A stretch of 64,000 nt of DNA from Felis catus (taxonomy: Eukaryota): contig NC_058368.1 in NCBI RefSeq assembly GCF_018350175.1, forward strand, positions 68,016,001 to 68,080,000, in the 5' to 3' direction. Positions 38,835-52,664 of this stretch are shown piece by piece; position 1 is the stretch's first letter; every line of letters begins with the position of its first letter. The notes below the pieces were generated by a model. That model did no database searches. It was given only the letters and a program-made list of their open reading frames with translations, and was not told the DNA's origin. A program made the translations under genes and the position numbers.

Positions 38835-41800
38835 AAAATTATCTGTAATTTTAGTATCATTTGAAATATTGCATAGGATATTTAATTCAGCCCAGTAAGC
38901 ATGAACTGAATGATCTTCCATGAGACGCTCATAATTCACGCCTAAGGGCTCTTAGATATTAAGAGTCTTTGTAGATTCTTAAAAGTACCATGCGGTATGT
39001 TTAGATCATTCTTCCAGTCTTCAACAAACTCTTCCCTTTCTCTCATCCACCACACTCAATCTGTCACCGAACTCTGTTGCTTTTTACCTCTTATGTGTAT
39101 GCCAATGCATGCTCCCTTTCTTACCTTTTCCCCATAACTGTGCTAATTCAGTATGTATCACTTCTGGGATCACTTTTGCAACAGCCTCTTATCTAGCCAC
39201 CAGTCTCTGACCTCATCTCTTAACACCAAACAGTTCAGCTTTCTTAACATCACCAAGCTAAATGAGCGAGCCAGAGCTTCACCAGGCCAAGATTTCTTCC
39301 TTGTGGATGAGGTCAGTAGGTTGGTACTCAGATGCTGGTAACTATTTCTAGCCTGTGATGCCAGAAAATTGTTTAATAATGAAAATAATGGTGGGGGAGG
39401 AATGATCACAGTCATGTGTCCTATGAAAATTTGTATAAGGCATCAATTTTAAAGATTAAGCAAACATGGAAACATTGGAATATTCTTTTTAAAAATATTC
39501 TCTACCTCTCTTGGCAGATGGTAACTTCTATATTCTTTTAGTTTCTTCTCTCAAATATATATGTGCTGAGGAAGCAGGGTAAACCAGATGTCTGGTTGTA
39601 GTTGTGGCTCCTTTACTGCTTGAATTTCTCCAAGACTCTTCTTATGGTCCTTAATGCCTATTGAGAAGAGTGCCTCAGTTGGAGACAGGCTTAGTCAGTG
39701 TTCCCAATTTGTTCTAGAATAGAATGGCCACAGCTGGTAATCAGGAGTTCAGTAGTATTTAGGGCTCTAACACATCTTGGGATAAGGGGTAGGCCATTCT
39801 TCTAGGCTGTAGCCAGAGATTAAACTTCTCCTCTAATCCTAAATCTTATTCTGCTTTCACGTTGACTCTCTGGACAGGATAGAAGCTTTTATATCTTTTG
39901 TAGTCTCACTTTAAAATCAGCATGATATCATTTTTATAAAGCTACACCTAAAGCTTGATAAATTAACTTTAGAGGTGACATGGTTCATATCTGGTAGAAA
40001 TATGGTTTGTATAAAATGTATAATCCTCATTGTGCAGAGCATGAAGGAAGGCGTGAATATAACTTTTTGCCAGTAATCTTTATAATAAAGAGCTCAGAGT
40101 GTGATCCTATTATTTAAATTATCCCTACCTTATAATACATTGTTTAGCACTGTGATAGGGAGTAGTTTAAGAATAGTGCAAATTCAAAATCATTTTTGTA
40201 CAAAGTGAGGCTTAGATCTTTTAAGGAAAAAAATGTACCCCAAGGTGAGGGAATTGGAATATCAAATACTCAGAATCATTCAATTTTATATACTATGTGA
40301 AAATCAATAGATATATTTAATTGTGTTATTTTATTAACTGTAGAAAAAACAAGCAGAGAAGGTAGCTAAGACATTAAAATATTACTGCCATATTTGTGCC
40401 AAGAAGATCTTCCTGTTAAGTTTTCACTTATTCATTTATTGCTTTGTGGTCTTCTCAGAAGGAAAGCTTTTGCTAATGTGCTTTTATTATTTGGAGGATT
40501 TCTGTGTGCTCCAGAGGATGTTGGAGAGACTCTACTTTTTTTCTGGCATCTGAGTTAAAAGATAAATTAGGTTTTTGTAATAATAATATATTGCAAATTT
40601 TTTTTATAGTATTCACGGAGAAGAGCAAAAAGTGTGTCTATTAGCATTATCACATTCCTGTGGAGTTTCTAGCAATAGTTTAATTGTTCCTAATTTGTAA
40701 AGAAAAAAACTAGGTTAAGTCAAATTGATTGTTAATAGCAGACTAAAGTGTATTCTCAATTTTAAGTAAGTGGTCTAGTGTTAAGTATGCTGTTGCAATA
40801 TGAGTATGTTTACTCTCTCTTTTGGGTCCCATGTGGTTCTTCCCTCCCAACATGCCATATACTTGGTTCCAGGCACACTATCTTGAGCATAGAAAACAGT
40901 AGATGAATATACAATAAAGGAGAGCCGGTAAGGGATAGAAAGAGGGAAGGAAGAAAGGAAAATATGAGAAAGAAACACAGGAAAGAGGTGAGGAAGGGAC
41001 GAAAGGGTGGAAGGACTTGCCTCTTACTAGCTATCAGGATGTTTCCCTGAGCCTCTGTTTTCTTACTTGTAAAATGAGGGAAATAATACTTACCTTGTGT
41101 GGTTAATCAGGGATTACCTGAGAGAACATTTGTGGAATATGTAGTATGATTAATTATTTTCTTTTCAATCCTTCCTTTGAAAAATTCCATACTTCCTCCA
41201 GAAGTCTTCCCAAGCCCAGTTTGGAAATTCCAAGACATCACCATATAGATACATGAGTTATACTACATTAAATTGAATTTGAATATTCTCTCAGTGGTTT
41301 CCTTTTGATCTCCCACTAGGGCTATGTGGTGTGCCAGACCTACCTTTTCCCCTTGACACCCTATTGGTAGCTTGAAATTGGCCATAGAGATTGACAAAAC
41401 TCTTTTTGTGCTCAGAGGTTGTCTGTTGAACAATTACTAGCACAGCAGTGTCCTATAGGTGGCCTTTGGTCATGTGCAATGGCTAACATTGATGAATATC
41501 CCTATGAAAAGTCAACATTTATAAATGGTGATGATATTGATCTGATTAGTAACATTTAAAAATGAAAAACAAGTTAATGGGAAAGACAAGCCAGGGAGTT
41601 CAAGGGGAAGTATATAGTCATCTCTGGTCTCAGAAATAGCCGCCTTTTAGACTAGACAATTAACAATATAGGTATCTAAGTTTTAAGAACATTATGGATT
41701 TATTAAGGATGACTTATATAATGTTCTATAATGTTATTACCGTATGATTAAATCTTTCTGAATATCTTGTTTTTTTTCTTTGATCCACTCATTCTTTTGA

Positions 41801-42179
41801 ATAGTCCATTTTTGGCTATCTTAATACTTTACTTTTTAACAAAGGCTAATTCAAACATCCTTATCAAGCATGTAAGCAGTCCACGTCTTTGACCCACCAA
41901 CAGGAATTGTTAAAAAATGTATTTTGCATTTCAATTTATTGGTGGATAAGAGAGTTTTATTTCTTCTTGTACAGAAAGATAGGTGCGATATTTATTCCTC
42001 TTTATTTCTCGAGAGTCTTTAACATAGAAAAGTAGTCGACTGATTAGTAAATATCCTGAACATTTCCTACCAGTAAAAAAAAAAATAACACACAAAAGCC
42101 CATTAAATTTATCATCCTTACCCATACATTCGACTGTATAAATACTTCAGCATTTACTCAGTGCCTATAACTGAACAGC

Positions 42180-42600
42180 AATGATACTATTTATTAAGAA
42201 CTTACCAGGTTTCAGATTTGAGTGAAGCGCTTTAGGTTTTCTATTATACATGTATGTATTTCATCTTCACAACAACCTTAGGAGATTTCTAGACTAGGTA
42301 TTATTATCTTCCCCATTTTACAGATGAGAAAACCGAGTCTTAAGGTTATTATGATTTGCTGAGTAACCTCCTTACTAGATTTGCAAAACTACTAGACATT
42401 CCCTTTGCTGCTGTACCGGGTTCTGAGACAGTTCTGCTGCTTTCTCGTTGTGTGGACATGTGCAAGCCAACTAAGCCTATCTTTGCTCATTTTACTTACT
42501 GTAAGATGAGGATAATAACTTCCCCCATGGACTTATTGTAACTGGTAAATATCATAAGAGGTGTGTGGTGCCCACTGCTTAAAAATGCTGAACGTAGGCT
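42180..42600. mobile_element. Two MIR relics in opposite orientation
   Basis: ccccattttacagatgagaaaaccgag (minus) followed by ctgtaagatgaggataataac (plus). Confidence 0.6.
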
Positions 42601-42702
42601 TTCTACCCTTATTCTTGTCATGGCGACTATTACAAGAAGTTTTCCAATAGTAACCTTCCATTCTCATTTTACTTCTTATCTTTCCATCAAAAAATATTTT
42701 TT

Positions 42703-42917
42703 GTTAATTTTTTTTTAACGTTTATTTATTTTTGAGACAGAGAGAGACAGAGCATGAATGGGGGAGGGGCAGAGAGAGAGGGACACAGAATCGGAAGCAG
42801 GCTCCAGGCTCCGAGCCATCAGCCCAGAGCCCCAGGCGGGGCTCGAACTCACGGATCGCGAGATCGTGACCTGAGGTGAAGTCAGACGCTTAACCAACTG
42901 AGCCACCCAGGCGCCCC
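42703..42917 (-). mobile_element. Young CAN-SINE (SINEC_Fc-type)
   Basis: CpG-rich; TSD tcaaaaa(a)tatttttt. Confidence 0.96.
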
Positions 42918-42994
42918 TCAAAAATATTTTTTAATTGATGGGAGGAACTTAGGTGGCTGTAGTAACTCAGTTGTTTCACATTTCACATTTTGAA

Positions 42995-43553
42995 ACACAC
43001 CCTAAGGTGACCGTTGGTGAATCATGCCTTTGTATAATCCACTAACCTTGAGTGGCGGGTGGAAGTTGTGACTTACTTCCAGCAAATGAGATTTGGCAAA
43101 AGTGGTGGGTTGTCCCTCCTGTGGATATGTGGTATTACATAAGACTTTGTTTTTAGCAGACAGGAGTGCTAAATTCTCTGGCTGGCCCTTCAGCAGCAGG
43201 GAGAGGCTGCCATGATGTGAGAGACCAGAGAAGAAGGCCATGTGGCATGCAGACAGCCTCTAGGAGCTGATGTTGGCCCCCCAAGGACACCCAGAAAGTA
43301 GGATAAGGACCTCACGAATGGGATACTTCCATATCCCATGAGCTTGGCAGAGGACCTCATGCTCTAGAAATGAATGCAGCTTGGCTGACACCATAAATTA
43401 CAGCCTTGTGAGAACCTGAGCCAAGGACCAGTATGCTGTGCCCAGACTCCTGACCCTCAGAAATTACCAGATAATAAATATGCCTTCTTTTGAGCCACAC
43501 TTATTGTCACATGTGTGGTACTTTGTTATCCAGCAGTAGATTACTGATAGATA
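42995..43553 (+). mobile_element. MaLR solo LTR (MLT1E/F-like)
   Basis: cagccttgtgagaacctgagc...cccagactcctgaccc...gataataaat...tgtggtactttgttatccagcagtaga. Confidence 0.75.
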
Positions 43554-45793
43554 CATCAAGTTTCTCAATACCTGTCTAACTTTGACCCATTTTTGCCACA
43601 TGAGTATCAGACATTAATGTATGTCTTAAATTTAATTTGTCACTATAGCAAAATAAAATCTAGTTTCTTAAGTATTTAAAGGACCACTAATAATTTTTAA
43701 TTATCATATCAACAAATTTAAAATGTGAGTGTGATTACAGAGTTAAACCCTTTTGGACTCAGAGAGATGTTAGAGTTTGTCTAACCCTTTTATTTTATAA
43801 ATGAGAAAATTGAATCACTTTTACATTACCTTCCATTGACTCTGTGAATTGTGAAATTCTTACTGAGATTTTTCTTACTTTACTGAACGAGATTTTCAAC
43901 AGAATTTCAAGGGATATTGAAACAACATTGCTTTGCTTATATTGTTTACTTATAAAAGTGAAGAAATGCCTAAAGTTGCACTGTACAGATACAAAGAAAA
44001 TACTTTAATGTTAACAAGAGCCCTCCCTACCCATTATAGATCATTGATAGTTACAGAGTGGAGACAGGCCTGGAGGTATCCAAGAGTTATCCATGTCCAA
44101 TGGCTGGTGCCATCAGTCATGCTATTCCTCTTCTTATGGGCTATCAGTAGGTTGGCTTCTGATTTAAGATCAGGAGACCCAAGTTTAATAAGTTTACTTG
44201 GATCTCTCTTACAGAGAATGCAGTGTTCAGTTAAGTCATTGACTCATGATGTCTGTAGACTAAGTAAATTTCTGCATTTTGCTATTGAAAGTCTTTTTTC
44301 AATGATCTGGCTAATTTACTGCTTCAGTTCTGTAACACTCTGCTGCAGGACTCAAACTTTCTTTTCAAGGGAGATTGGCCTTATCATTTCCACCTCTGGG
44401 TTTTGTGCATACAACTCACTACAAGTTTGAACTCTGTTCTTCCTTCAGACAGGGAAGTTCAAGTCCTCCCTCTCTTCAATGGGGGCTGCCTCTGTTCATC
44501 TCAACACACTGAGAATACTGTCTTTGATTAGGTAGTGCTTAAATCACACACACATACGCACACACACACACACACACAGGCTCTTGGCTCCATAAATAGA
44601 CTAGATTCTTTGAGTTGAGCGAAGAGTGTCATATACTAATTTTCTTCCCCTGCAGTATCTAGTAATGTGCTTTGATAATTATTAATTTGATGTTTGTTAA
44701 CTGATTAATTGATTAATTGGTTAGTATGGATAAGGAAGAGGGTGATGGACGTAATTAGTGGGTTGATAACAGGAACTTATCACAGTTGATGGGAACTGGG
44801 GAGTTGGTAATGGTATAATTAGAGACCTAATAACAGGAGTATATCAGGAAAGGGATGCTGTTGGGAACATGACACCACCAGGGAGGAGGAACATGAGAAG
44901 AAGCACTGAGACTGAGTGGCTGAGGGAAGATCCCCCGATGGCTCAGGGCTTTGTGGTTTTGGAATTACGTGTATGGGATAATTCTCTGACAAACTGAAGA
45001 GCAGGAAAATATGTCCTGGTTTGTACAGGGGATTTTCCTTTTCCTCATGTCATGTCACTCTAAGTCCTTGACTTATAGTCCATCAGTATTTCAGGGTGGT
45101 TTCTTTTCCTTCTCCTTAGAGTAAACCTACCCCCTGGTTCCCAGACCCAGAGCGTTAATTTGAAGATAATGAATGAAAATAGAGATAGACAGTACAGAGA
45201 GCTAAAATCTAGAAAAAAAATTTAAAGCATCCATTTCTGGAATGAAATTATATGAATGTGTAACTGAGTATCTCTAATTTAAAATGTATTGATTATTGCA
45301 TATTTAATTATTTTAAGCAGGGATAGCAAAGACATCAAAGTAATGAAAATGGTGTGGAGACTAGGCGAGCACAGAAGAGGTTGTACTCTGCTTTTATGGG
45401 GCATTTTTTAACAGAAGACTTTCCTTTTCTTTTGTACTTACGTCCCCCCACCCCTTTTCCTGATTGGAAGATCTATCTTTGTTGCTATTGAACATCATTC
45501 TATTTTTTTTTCATCATTCTATTTTTAACTACAACTTTTAGGGGTTGTTTGAAACCATGACCCTCTAAAGCTCTCCAAGTTGGGTGTCGATAGAGACTTA
45601 ATAAGCATCCTTTGTTTTTTCATTGTCCAAGTCACCGTTCAACACATCAGCTGTAGCAGGTCCCCCGTCCCCTCATTGGATGTCCCGTAGTTAACTGATA
45701 GTTCTCCCAGCGCTACACACTTCTGTCCTGCCTGCACAGATTGAAAGTGCCTGAATGCACTCAATGAATCTTGGTAAAAACTATCCCTTTTCT

Positions 45794-46020
45794 GGGGTGC
45801 CTGAGTGGCTAAGTCAGTAAAGCATCTGACTTTGGCTCAGCTCATGATCTCACGGTTTGTGAGTTCAAGCCCTGCATCAGGCTCTATGCTGACAGCTCAG
45901 AGCCTGGAGCCTGGAGCCTGCTTCAGATTCAGTGTCTCCCTCTCTGTCTGTGCCCCTCCCCCACTCACACTCTGTCTCTCTCTGTCTCTCAAAAATAAAT
46001 AAACATTAAAAAATTTTTTA
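45794..46020 (+). mobile_element. CAN-SINE
   Basis: Full element with an extra agcctgg unit. Confidence 0.95.
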
Positions 46021-46464
46021 AAAGTCTATCACTTCTCTGTTTCATGGAGCTTTATATATTGACTGTTACAATTGTCATGAGCGTACACATTCGTGAGTCA
46101 GAAATTTAATTTACCGTATAACCCTGTAGAATAATAATTCAGTAATTTGTGAGTTAAAGAACTCATCAACCCAAACTCTAAACTACCTGGGACTCTATAA
46201 TGTATGTTTAACTTATTAACTGTCTAAATAAGGGACAGATGGATATACAAGTTATGAGACTTTGGGTCAAGTTACTTAACTTCTTAGATCTTCATCTATC
46301 TAATGAGGACAATAATACCATTTATTGCATAAGATTGTTAGGTGGATTAAGTGAGATAACATACATAAACTGCTTAGAACAGCCTGGAATATATGCATAC
46401 CATATAAGTTTTAGTTATTGGGTGGTCTGAAATGGCCAATGTTAATGTGACTGATCATTCCTGA

Positions 46465-47290
46465 TTTTGTATTTGTTAATTGAGGCATAATTTACGTACA
46501 ATAAAAATGCACAATTTTAGTTGTGCAGTTTTTGTTTTTTTTTTTTTACTTTTGGCAACTATATGCTCATGTAATTCACACTCCAATTAAGATATAGAAC
46601 ACTTTTATCACCTCAGAAAGTTCCTTGTGCACCTTTGCAATCAATCCACTGTCTCCCAGAGGAAAAAAAAAATATTTTGCTTTTTATCACCAATGGTCAG
46701 TTTTGCCTATTCTAGAACTCTTTTGTGTCTTTTTTTCTGCAACATATTTTTGATGTTCATACATGTTGTTGCATGTGTCAGTTGTTTGGTCCTTTTCTGA
46801 GAGGTAGCCCATTGCATGAATATACACAATTTGTTTTCCCAGTCTCCTATGGATGAATGTTTGAACTATTTCCAGTTTGGGGGTTCTTATGAATGAAACT
46901 GCATATTCATGTATACATCTTTTTGTGGATATATATTTTCCTTTCTCCTGGGTAACACCTAGGAGCAGAATCACAGAATCAGGTAGGCACATGTTAGCTT
47001 TTTAAGAAGCTGTCCAGCAGTTCCCAAATGGTTTTGCCATTTCTGTATTCTTAGCAGAAACAGGTGAGATTTCCAGTTCCTCCATGTTCACACTGACCCC
47101 AGTCTGTCATTTCAGCCATTCTAGTGGTATAAGAGGATCTCATCATAGTTTTCATTTCCATTTCCATGTTGGCTAATGATGAAGAGCTTCTTTCCGTGTG
47201 CATATTGGCCATTCATGTTTCTTCCTTTGTGATGTGTCTATTCAAGTATTTTGCCAATTTGTAATTGGTCTGTTTTTATTGTTGATTATG
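46465..47290 (-). mobile_element. Ancient L1 3' region (L1MB/ME-like)
   Basis: attgaggcataatttacgtacaataaaa...atcacctcagaaagttcc...ttccagtttgggg. Confidence 0.75.
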
Positions 47291-49133
47291 TGATTTCAGT
47301 AATTATTAACAAATTATTTGTATATGTAAAAGCTATTTATTGTGCATTTATTCCATTTGTCAAGGGAAGGAAATCACTGCTGGAGTAGTTCACTTATCCT
47401 CAGATAGGCTCAGTAAAGTATCAATACCTTTGTTTCAGAGTTTTCACACCAAAACCGGAGCCAAAGCAGGTGTTGCTACCATCTGAGAGTGATAATCATT
47501 TGCAGATGCTACATATGGTATCTTTGGTAACTCAGATCCTACATTATGTAGTTCTCTACATTTTTTACACTTTTGTGACTTAATCATTTCCTTCTTACAC
47601 TTGTTTTAATTGGTCTCTTCAAGGAAACAAAATCCCTTTGAGAATGTGAGAATAATTAGTTTCTATGAATTGGGTATTTGCAACAAACATTTTTTAGGTG
47701 GGGGGACCACCTGTCTTTTTTGGGGGGCATTGCCTTCTATGTACAATAATATAGCTGTGAAATTTGAATGCTTTGATTAGCTTGTATCAGGGTCATTACA
47801 GTAGAGACAGCTAAGAAATGTTAATACATACTTAGAAAATGTGTTTGTTAATGGTTCTCAGGCAGAGACTGTGACAGAACTGCCCTTAATTCCATAAACA
47901 TAAGGCATATTAATCCCTTTAGTTGACAGGTGCTTAAATGGGCAGATTGGATGAGTAATTGGGTTGTTCTCCTAATCCTTAGCTTTGAATATAAATGAGA
48001 AATATCTCGATATTTTTATTTGTTTTTAGTAACGTCTTCTAATTGATTTATTTTAAAATGAACTGTTTCTGTAGAATGACAATTTCTTTTAGCATCTGTT
48101 GTTCATAAGAGAGGGGTTACAATTATAAAACTTTTCTAAAGGAACATACCTTTTAACACTCAACTGTGTTTCTAGATCTCATGTAGGACTAAGGAAGTCA
48201 TTCTCCAATTATTTCATTTTAAAGAACATTATTTTGGGGGAAAAAAGTGACTATTCCTTAGGAATAAAATGAATTCTTTTGGATGCTGCTCTGGGCCTTA
48301 TATGCCCCCAGGATACAATTTAGTGTTATATACTGTGTGACCCAAAAATTTTAAGATTGTTTCTAAAAGAGTCTAATGTGCTCTCAGGAGGCAGTGCCTG
48401 TCCTGGAAAGACCCGGCTCAATATTCCTTTTTACTTGACGACAGGGAGAGAAATTCCTTAACATTTTAAAGAGTGGGCTGATATATTTTTGAACCTTTTG
48501 TTGCAGACTCTCATCTGTCAGTGTGATGAAGGATTGGGGGAAATCTTAGAGTAAGTAAGAATTGTGGCATGAGAAGAATAGAAGACATTTTATGGAGCAG
48601 TATAGGCAGCAAAGTTTGGAAGGAAAAGTTGTGGTTTTTCAGTGCCAAATCAGGCTAAGAAGCCAAGAAGCTTGCAAAAGGTCAACACCTTAACAGCCAT
48701 GGGTGTAGCCAACACCTCACCCCAAAGCCACCCTGCGTTAGAGTATTTTTAATCGGTTAGCTTTAATTTGTCATGTTAACAAATGTTAGTGCTATATTTT
48801 GGGGGAGGGCGGTAAACCGTATGAAGGTATGGCTGTATGTGGAAATGTGGTGTTACCATGTTTGGTCATTGGTTGATAGGAACTCCTAGAAGGAAGGATC
48901 CATATCTCTTCATTTTATACCTTCTGGATCTAACACCATGCCTTGCCTCTGGTAGGTAAACAGGGAACATCAGTTAATGGAATAAAATCAGACTTAGGAG
49001 CTTTCTACCAGACTCCAGTACTTCAGAATAATGATCTTTCTGGACAGAATGTGACCAATCCCTTTTCTTAAGAGGTAAGCACATCCAACAGTGTTACATT
49101 TTTATCCCCTTTACTGGTATAAATTACCTTTCT

Positions 49134-49359
49134 TTTTTTTAAAAAAAAAATACTTTTTAATGTTTATTTATTTTTGAGAGAGAGAAAGAGACACAGAGTG
49201 CAGGCGGGCTGGGGGGGAGAGGGAGACACAGAATCTGAAGCAGACTCCAGGCTCTGAGCGGTCAGCACAGATCCTGACGTGGGGCTCAAACTCATGAGCC
49301 TTGAGATCATGACCTGAGCCAAAGTCAGATGCTTAACTGACTGAGCCACCAAGCGCCCC
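49134..49359 (-). mobile_element. CAN-SINE
   Basis: TSD ttacctttct. Confidence 0.95.
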
Positions 49360-50910
49360 TGAGTTACCTTTCTAATGCAGAAAGAGATTACCTATGGCAT
49401 AGCAAGTCAAGAATCTTCAGATTGATTTTTTCCATTGGTGTTAAAAGGCCTGGGACACACAAACACGGTTTGGAAGTACAACGGAATTTCAGAAGATAAT
49501 TTACATTTTCTTGCAAGTGACTTTGGTGTGGTATTTAGTTACTTTTTAAAGAGATTCCAATTCATAAACTCTTGTGGCTTGATTTTTAGACCGATTTACT
49601 TTTCCAGCAAGAAAGGGAACTTCCGAACTTTGGAAACTTAGAACAATAGAAAATAAAATTCTTGTTTGCTCAACAGCCTGGAATTTTTGTTTTCCTAATT
49701 CACTTTTCAGCTATGTGGTTAATTTAGTTTTCTTTGAAATCTGTAATCCTTTTTGCACTAGGTTCAACAACTTTTTAAGGAGCTGGAATACTAATGGCAT
49801 TAAACTGTTGTGTTTATTTTGGATTAGTTCATTTTAATTACACTCAGTCTCTTCTAATCAGTTTTATATTTTTATTCAGACATTAATCTGGTATCACACA
49901 CAGATAATTCTGACAGCTTAATAATAAAAAAAAAAGAAAACATTCAACTAGTACTTTGAAGAGTGTAAGACCTTGTACCATAATTCTTAGCCTCAGTGAT
50001 CCTGATTTCTTCCTCCTCAAACACTAGTGAATACCACTGTTACCTATACCTGTATATCACATTTATCTTCATGAAATTATGGCACTTTGCTTTCATGTCT
50101 GAAAATATCCATGCTCTCCATTAGCTATAGACTGGAACACTAAAGTGCCATGTATATTCATCTTGCATTGGAACTTTGGAATTAGCAGAATGTTTTATCT
50201 GTCATTTGCATTTCATGACCAGAGAGGGGTTCAACCCAGGCATATCTAATGGGAAGTTTGGAACTGGATTTATGGTCATTCTCAATTTTTTTTTTTTTTT
50301 TGGAATGGCATGATTTTTAAAAATGCAGTTACTAGTGTTTTCTCAGGCAACAAGAATTGTAAAATGTTAAAAAAAAAAAGCAACATCTACAACTTATTTA
50401 AGCATAGCATGTCTTTATGCCCTGGGGGTGGGGGTGGGGAGAATGCACATCTTTGAGTTAGATTAAGGTGCATATCAGGTATTTATAATCTTAAATTGGC
50501 AGAAGTTACTCTAAACAGGTTTTTGATTTGGCACATGCTATCCTATTTTTTGGGATTTTGTGAAGAAAGTCTCTTCCTATATTGATTTCTTTAGGTCAAC
50601 ATTCATTAAACATTTTCTGCAGACAAGATATACATAGACCTGTATGTTTGAAATGTAGTTTTCTTGTTTTCAATGGAAACTGCATCCTGATAATTATTCT
50701 CCACTTCAGCCTCTGCATATCTGTATTAACATTCTACAGTGTCATGATTTATAAAAGAAATTACATTTTTAAAATTTATTTGACTTTAAATCCAGGGAAT
50801 GTCTTAGAAATGGACATATTTGCTAATATTGAAACTTAATGCAGTCATTTTTAATATTGAAACTTAAAATATTTTTTGTGACATTTTAAGCTTAAAAGCA
50901 GGGAGCTCTT

Positions 50911-51034
50911 GGGGCACCTAGGTGGCTCATTCGGTTAAGTGTATGACTCACTTTCAGCTCAGGTCATGATCTTGCAGTTTGTGAGATCAAGCACTGCATC
51001 AGGCTCTGTGTTGACAGTGTGGAACCTGCTTGGG

Positions 51035-51071
<37 letters not shown>

Positions 51072-51143
51072 GTGCCCCTACCCTGCTTGTGCCTGGTCTC
51101 TCTTTCTCTCTCTCTCTCAAAATAAATAAATATAATTTTAAAA
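50911..51143 (+). mobile_element. CAN-SINE
   Basis: Head, (CT)n and A-tail. Confidence 0.95.
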
Positions 51144-52423
51144 AGAAGAGAGCTATTTATAAAGTTTCTATTGATTTCATCTGATAAACCATTTATCTCT
51201 TCATTGATAAAGCCTTGGACACTTCTACAGGCAGTATGCGTACTGGTTAAGATGTTAAACTTGGCTTTTGGATAGACTGGGATCATATATTTGCTCAGCT
51301 ATTCACTGCCTGTTTAAATTTAAGCAGCTTTTTGTTCATTGTTTTGTTTGTTTTGTTTTTACTGATGAAATGGGAATCATAATATTCACCTCATAGAATT
51401 GTAATGCTATGATAAGCAAGACCACGTGAAAAGCCCAATATTGAACACATATTAGGGGCTCAATTAGATTGAGCCTGAAACAGTGTCTTGCCCATGCTCA
51501 AAATTACTTATTGAATAAATAAGTCAATGCTTTGGGTTCTGCAAACAAAATTGATTCTGAAACACCTGGCTGGAGAGATTGGGTTCACTTTGGTGATCTA
51601 TTACACATATCCCTGAGTAAAGTGTTAATTACTTGAATCAGTAAATAAGTTTTTGATGACCTAGCAAGATCAAGACACTGTGCTAGGTGCTGTGAGATAT
51701 ATAAGGCAAAAGAAGAAAATGTCCTTGTCCATAAGGAATTTACGTTACAATTATAGATGGGGGAATAAGAACTGAACGTTTGAAATGTTCAACAGTAATA
51801 CTGAATTTAGGTAACAAGTGACATGATAAAAGAGAATGATTTTTTAAGTCTCTAGTAAGTAATGGAGATAATAAAAATCTTAGGAGTGAAATAAAATTTC
51901 ACTCCTCAGGATTTAGGGAAGATTGTTATAACGCAACACTTCAATATTGAGAATATTTGGGATTTTTAGCCTTGTTTTTAATACTGATGATGGTAAGTGT
52001 GTCCTATTCTCCACCCCCCCCAATATTCATATTTCAAAGTACATGGTGTAAAAATAAATCGTGATATTTATGCTTCCCTACATGAGGGCCAACATATGGC
52101 CCAGCTGGATATGCAAAAAGGGATGAAAATATTCCCCAACCTGGAGCACATTGCACAAATACACATGAAACTACAGTATGACATGTGATACCGATAAGAT
52201 CACTCAACTAACATATCCTAGGTGAGGAAAGAGACCAAGCATGTTTGTACCTGCTCACTGTGCTCACTGTTGAATGGTAGTGGTTTGCCAGGGATGCAAA
52301 GTGAGAAAGATACAGCCCTGACCTTGATGAGGAAAGAGTCTAAAGGTGGGGAGGGTGACTGATAGACAGACATACAGATAAACAGAATAGCCAGGTAAAA
52401 AAGTAAATAATAATGACCTCTAT

Positions 52424-52664
52424 GGGGCGCCTGGGTGGCTCAGTCGGTTAAGCGTCTGACTTCAGCTCAGGTCACGATCTCACGGTCCTTGAGTTCGAGC
52501 TCCGCGTCGGGCTCTGGGCTGATGGCTCAGAGCCTGGAGCCTGTTTCCGATTCTGTGTCTCCCTCTCTCTCTGCCCCTCCCCTGTTCATGCTCTGTCTCT
52601 CTCTGTCTCAAAAATAAATAAACGTTAAAAAAATTAAAAAAAAATAATAAAAAATAATAAAAAA
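52424..52664 (+). mobile_element. Young CAN-SINE (SINEC_Fc-type)
   Basis: CpG-rich, long A-tail, perfect TSD aataatgacctcta. Confidence 0.97.

Noticed and set aside
43933..44430. 165-aa ORF
   Set aside because: Non-ATG start, AT-rich, no recognisable domain or convincing splice boundaries.
48507..48550. Possible + strand 44-nt exon (ttgcAG...GTAAGT; TLICQCDEGLGEIL)
   Set aside because: Splice-like signals only; peptide unrecognised; such pseudo-exons are common in long introns.
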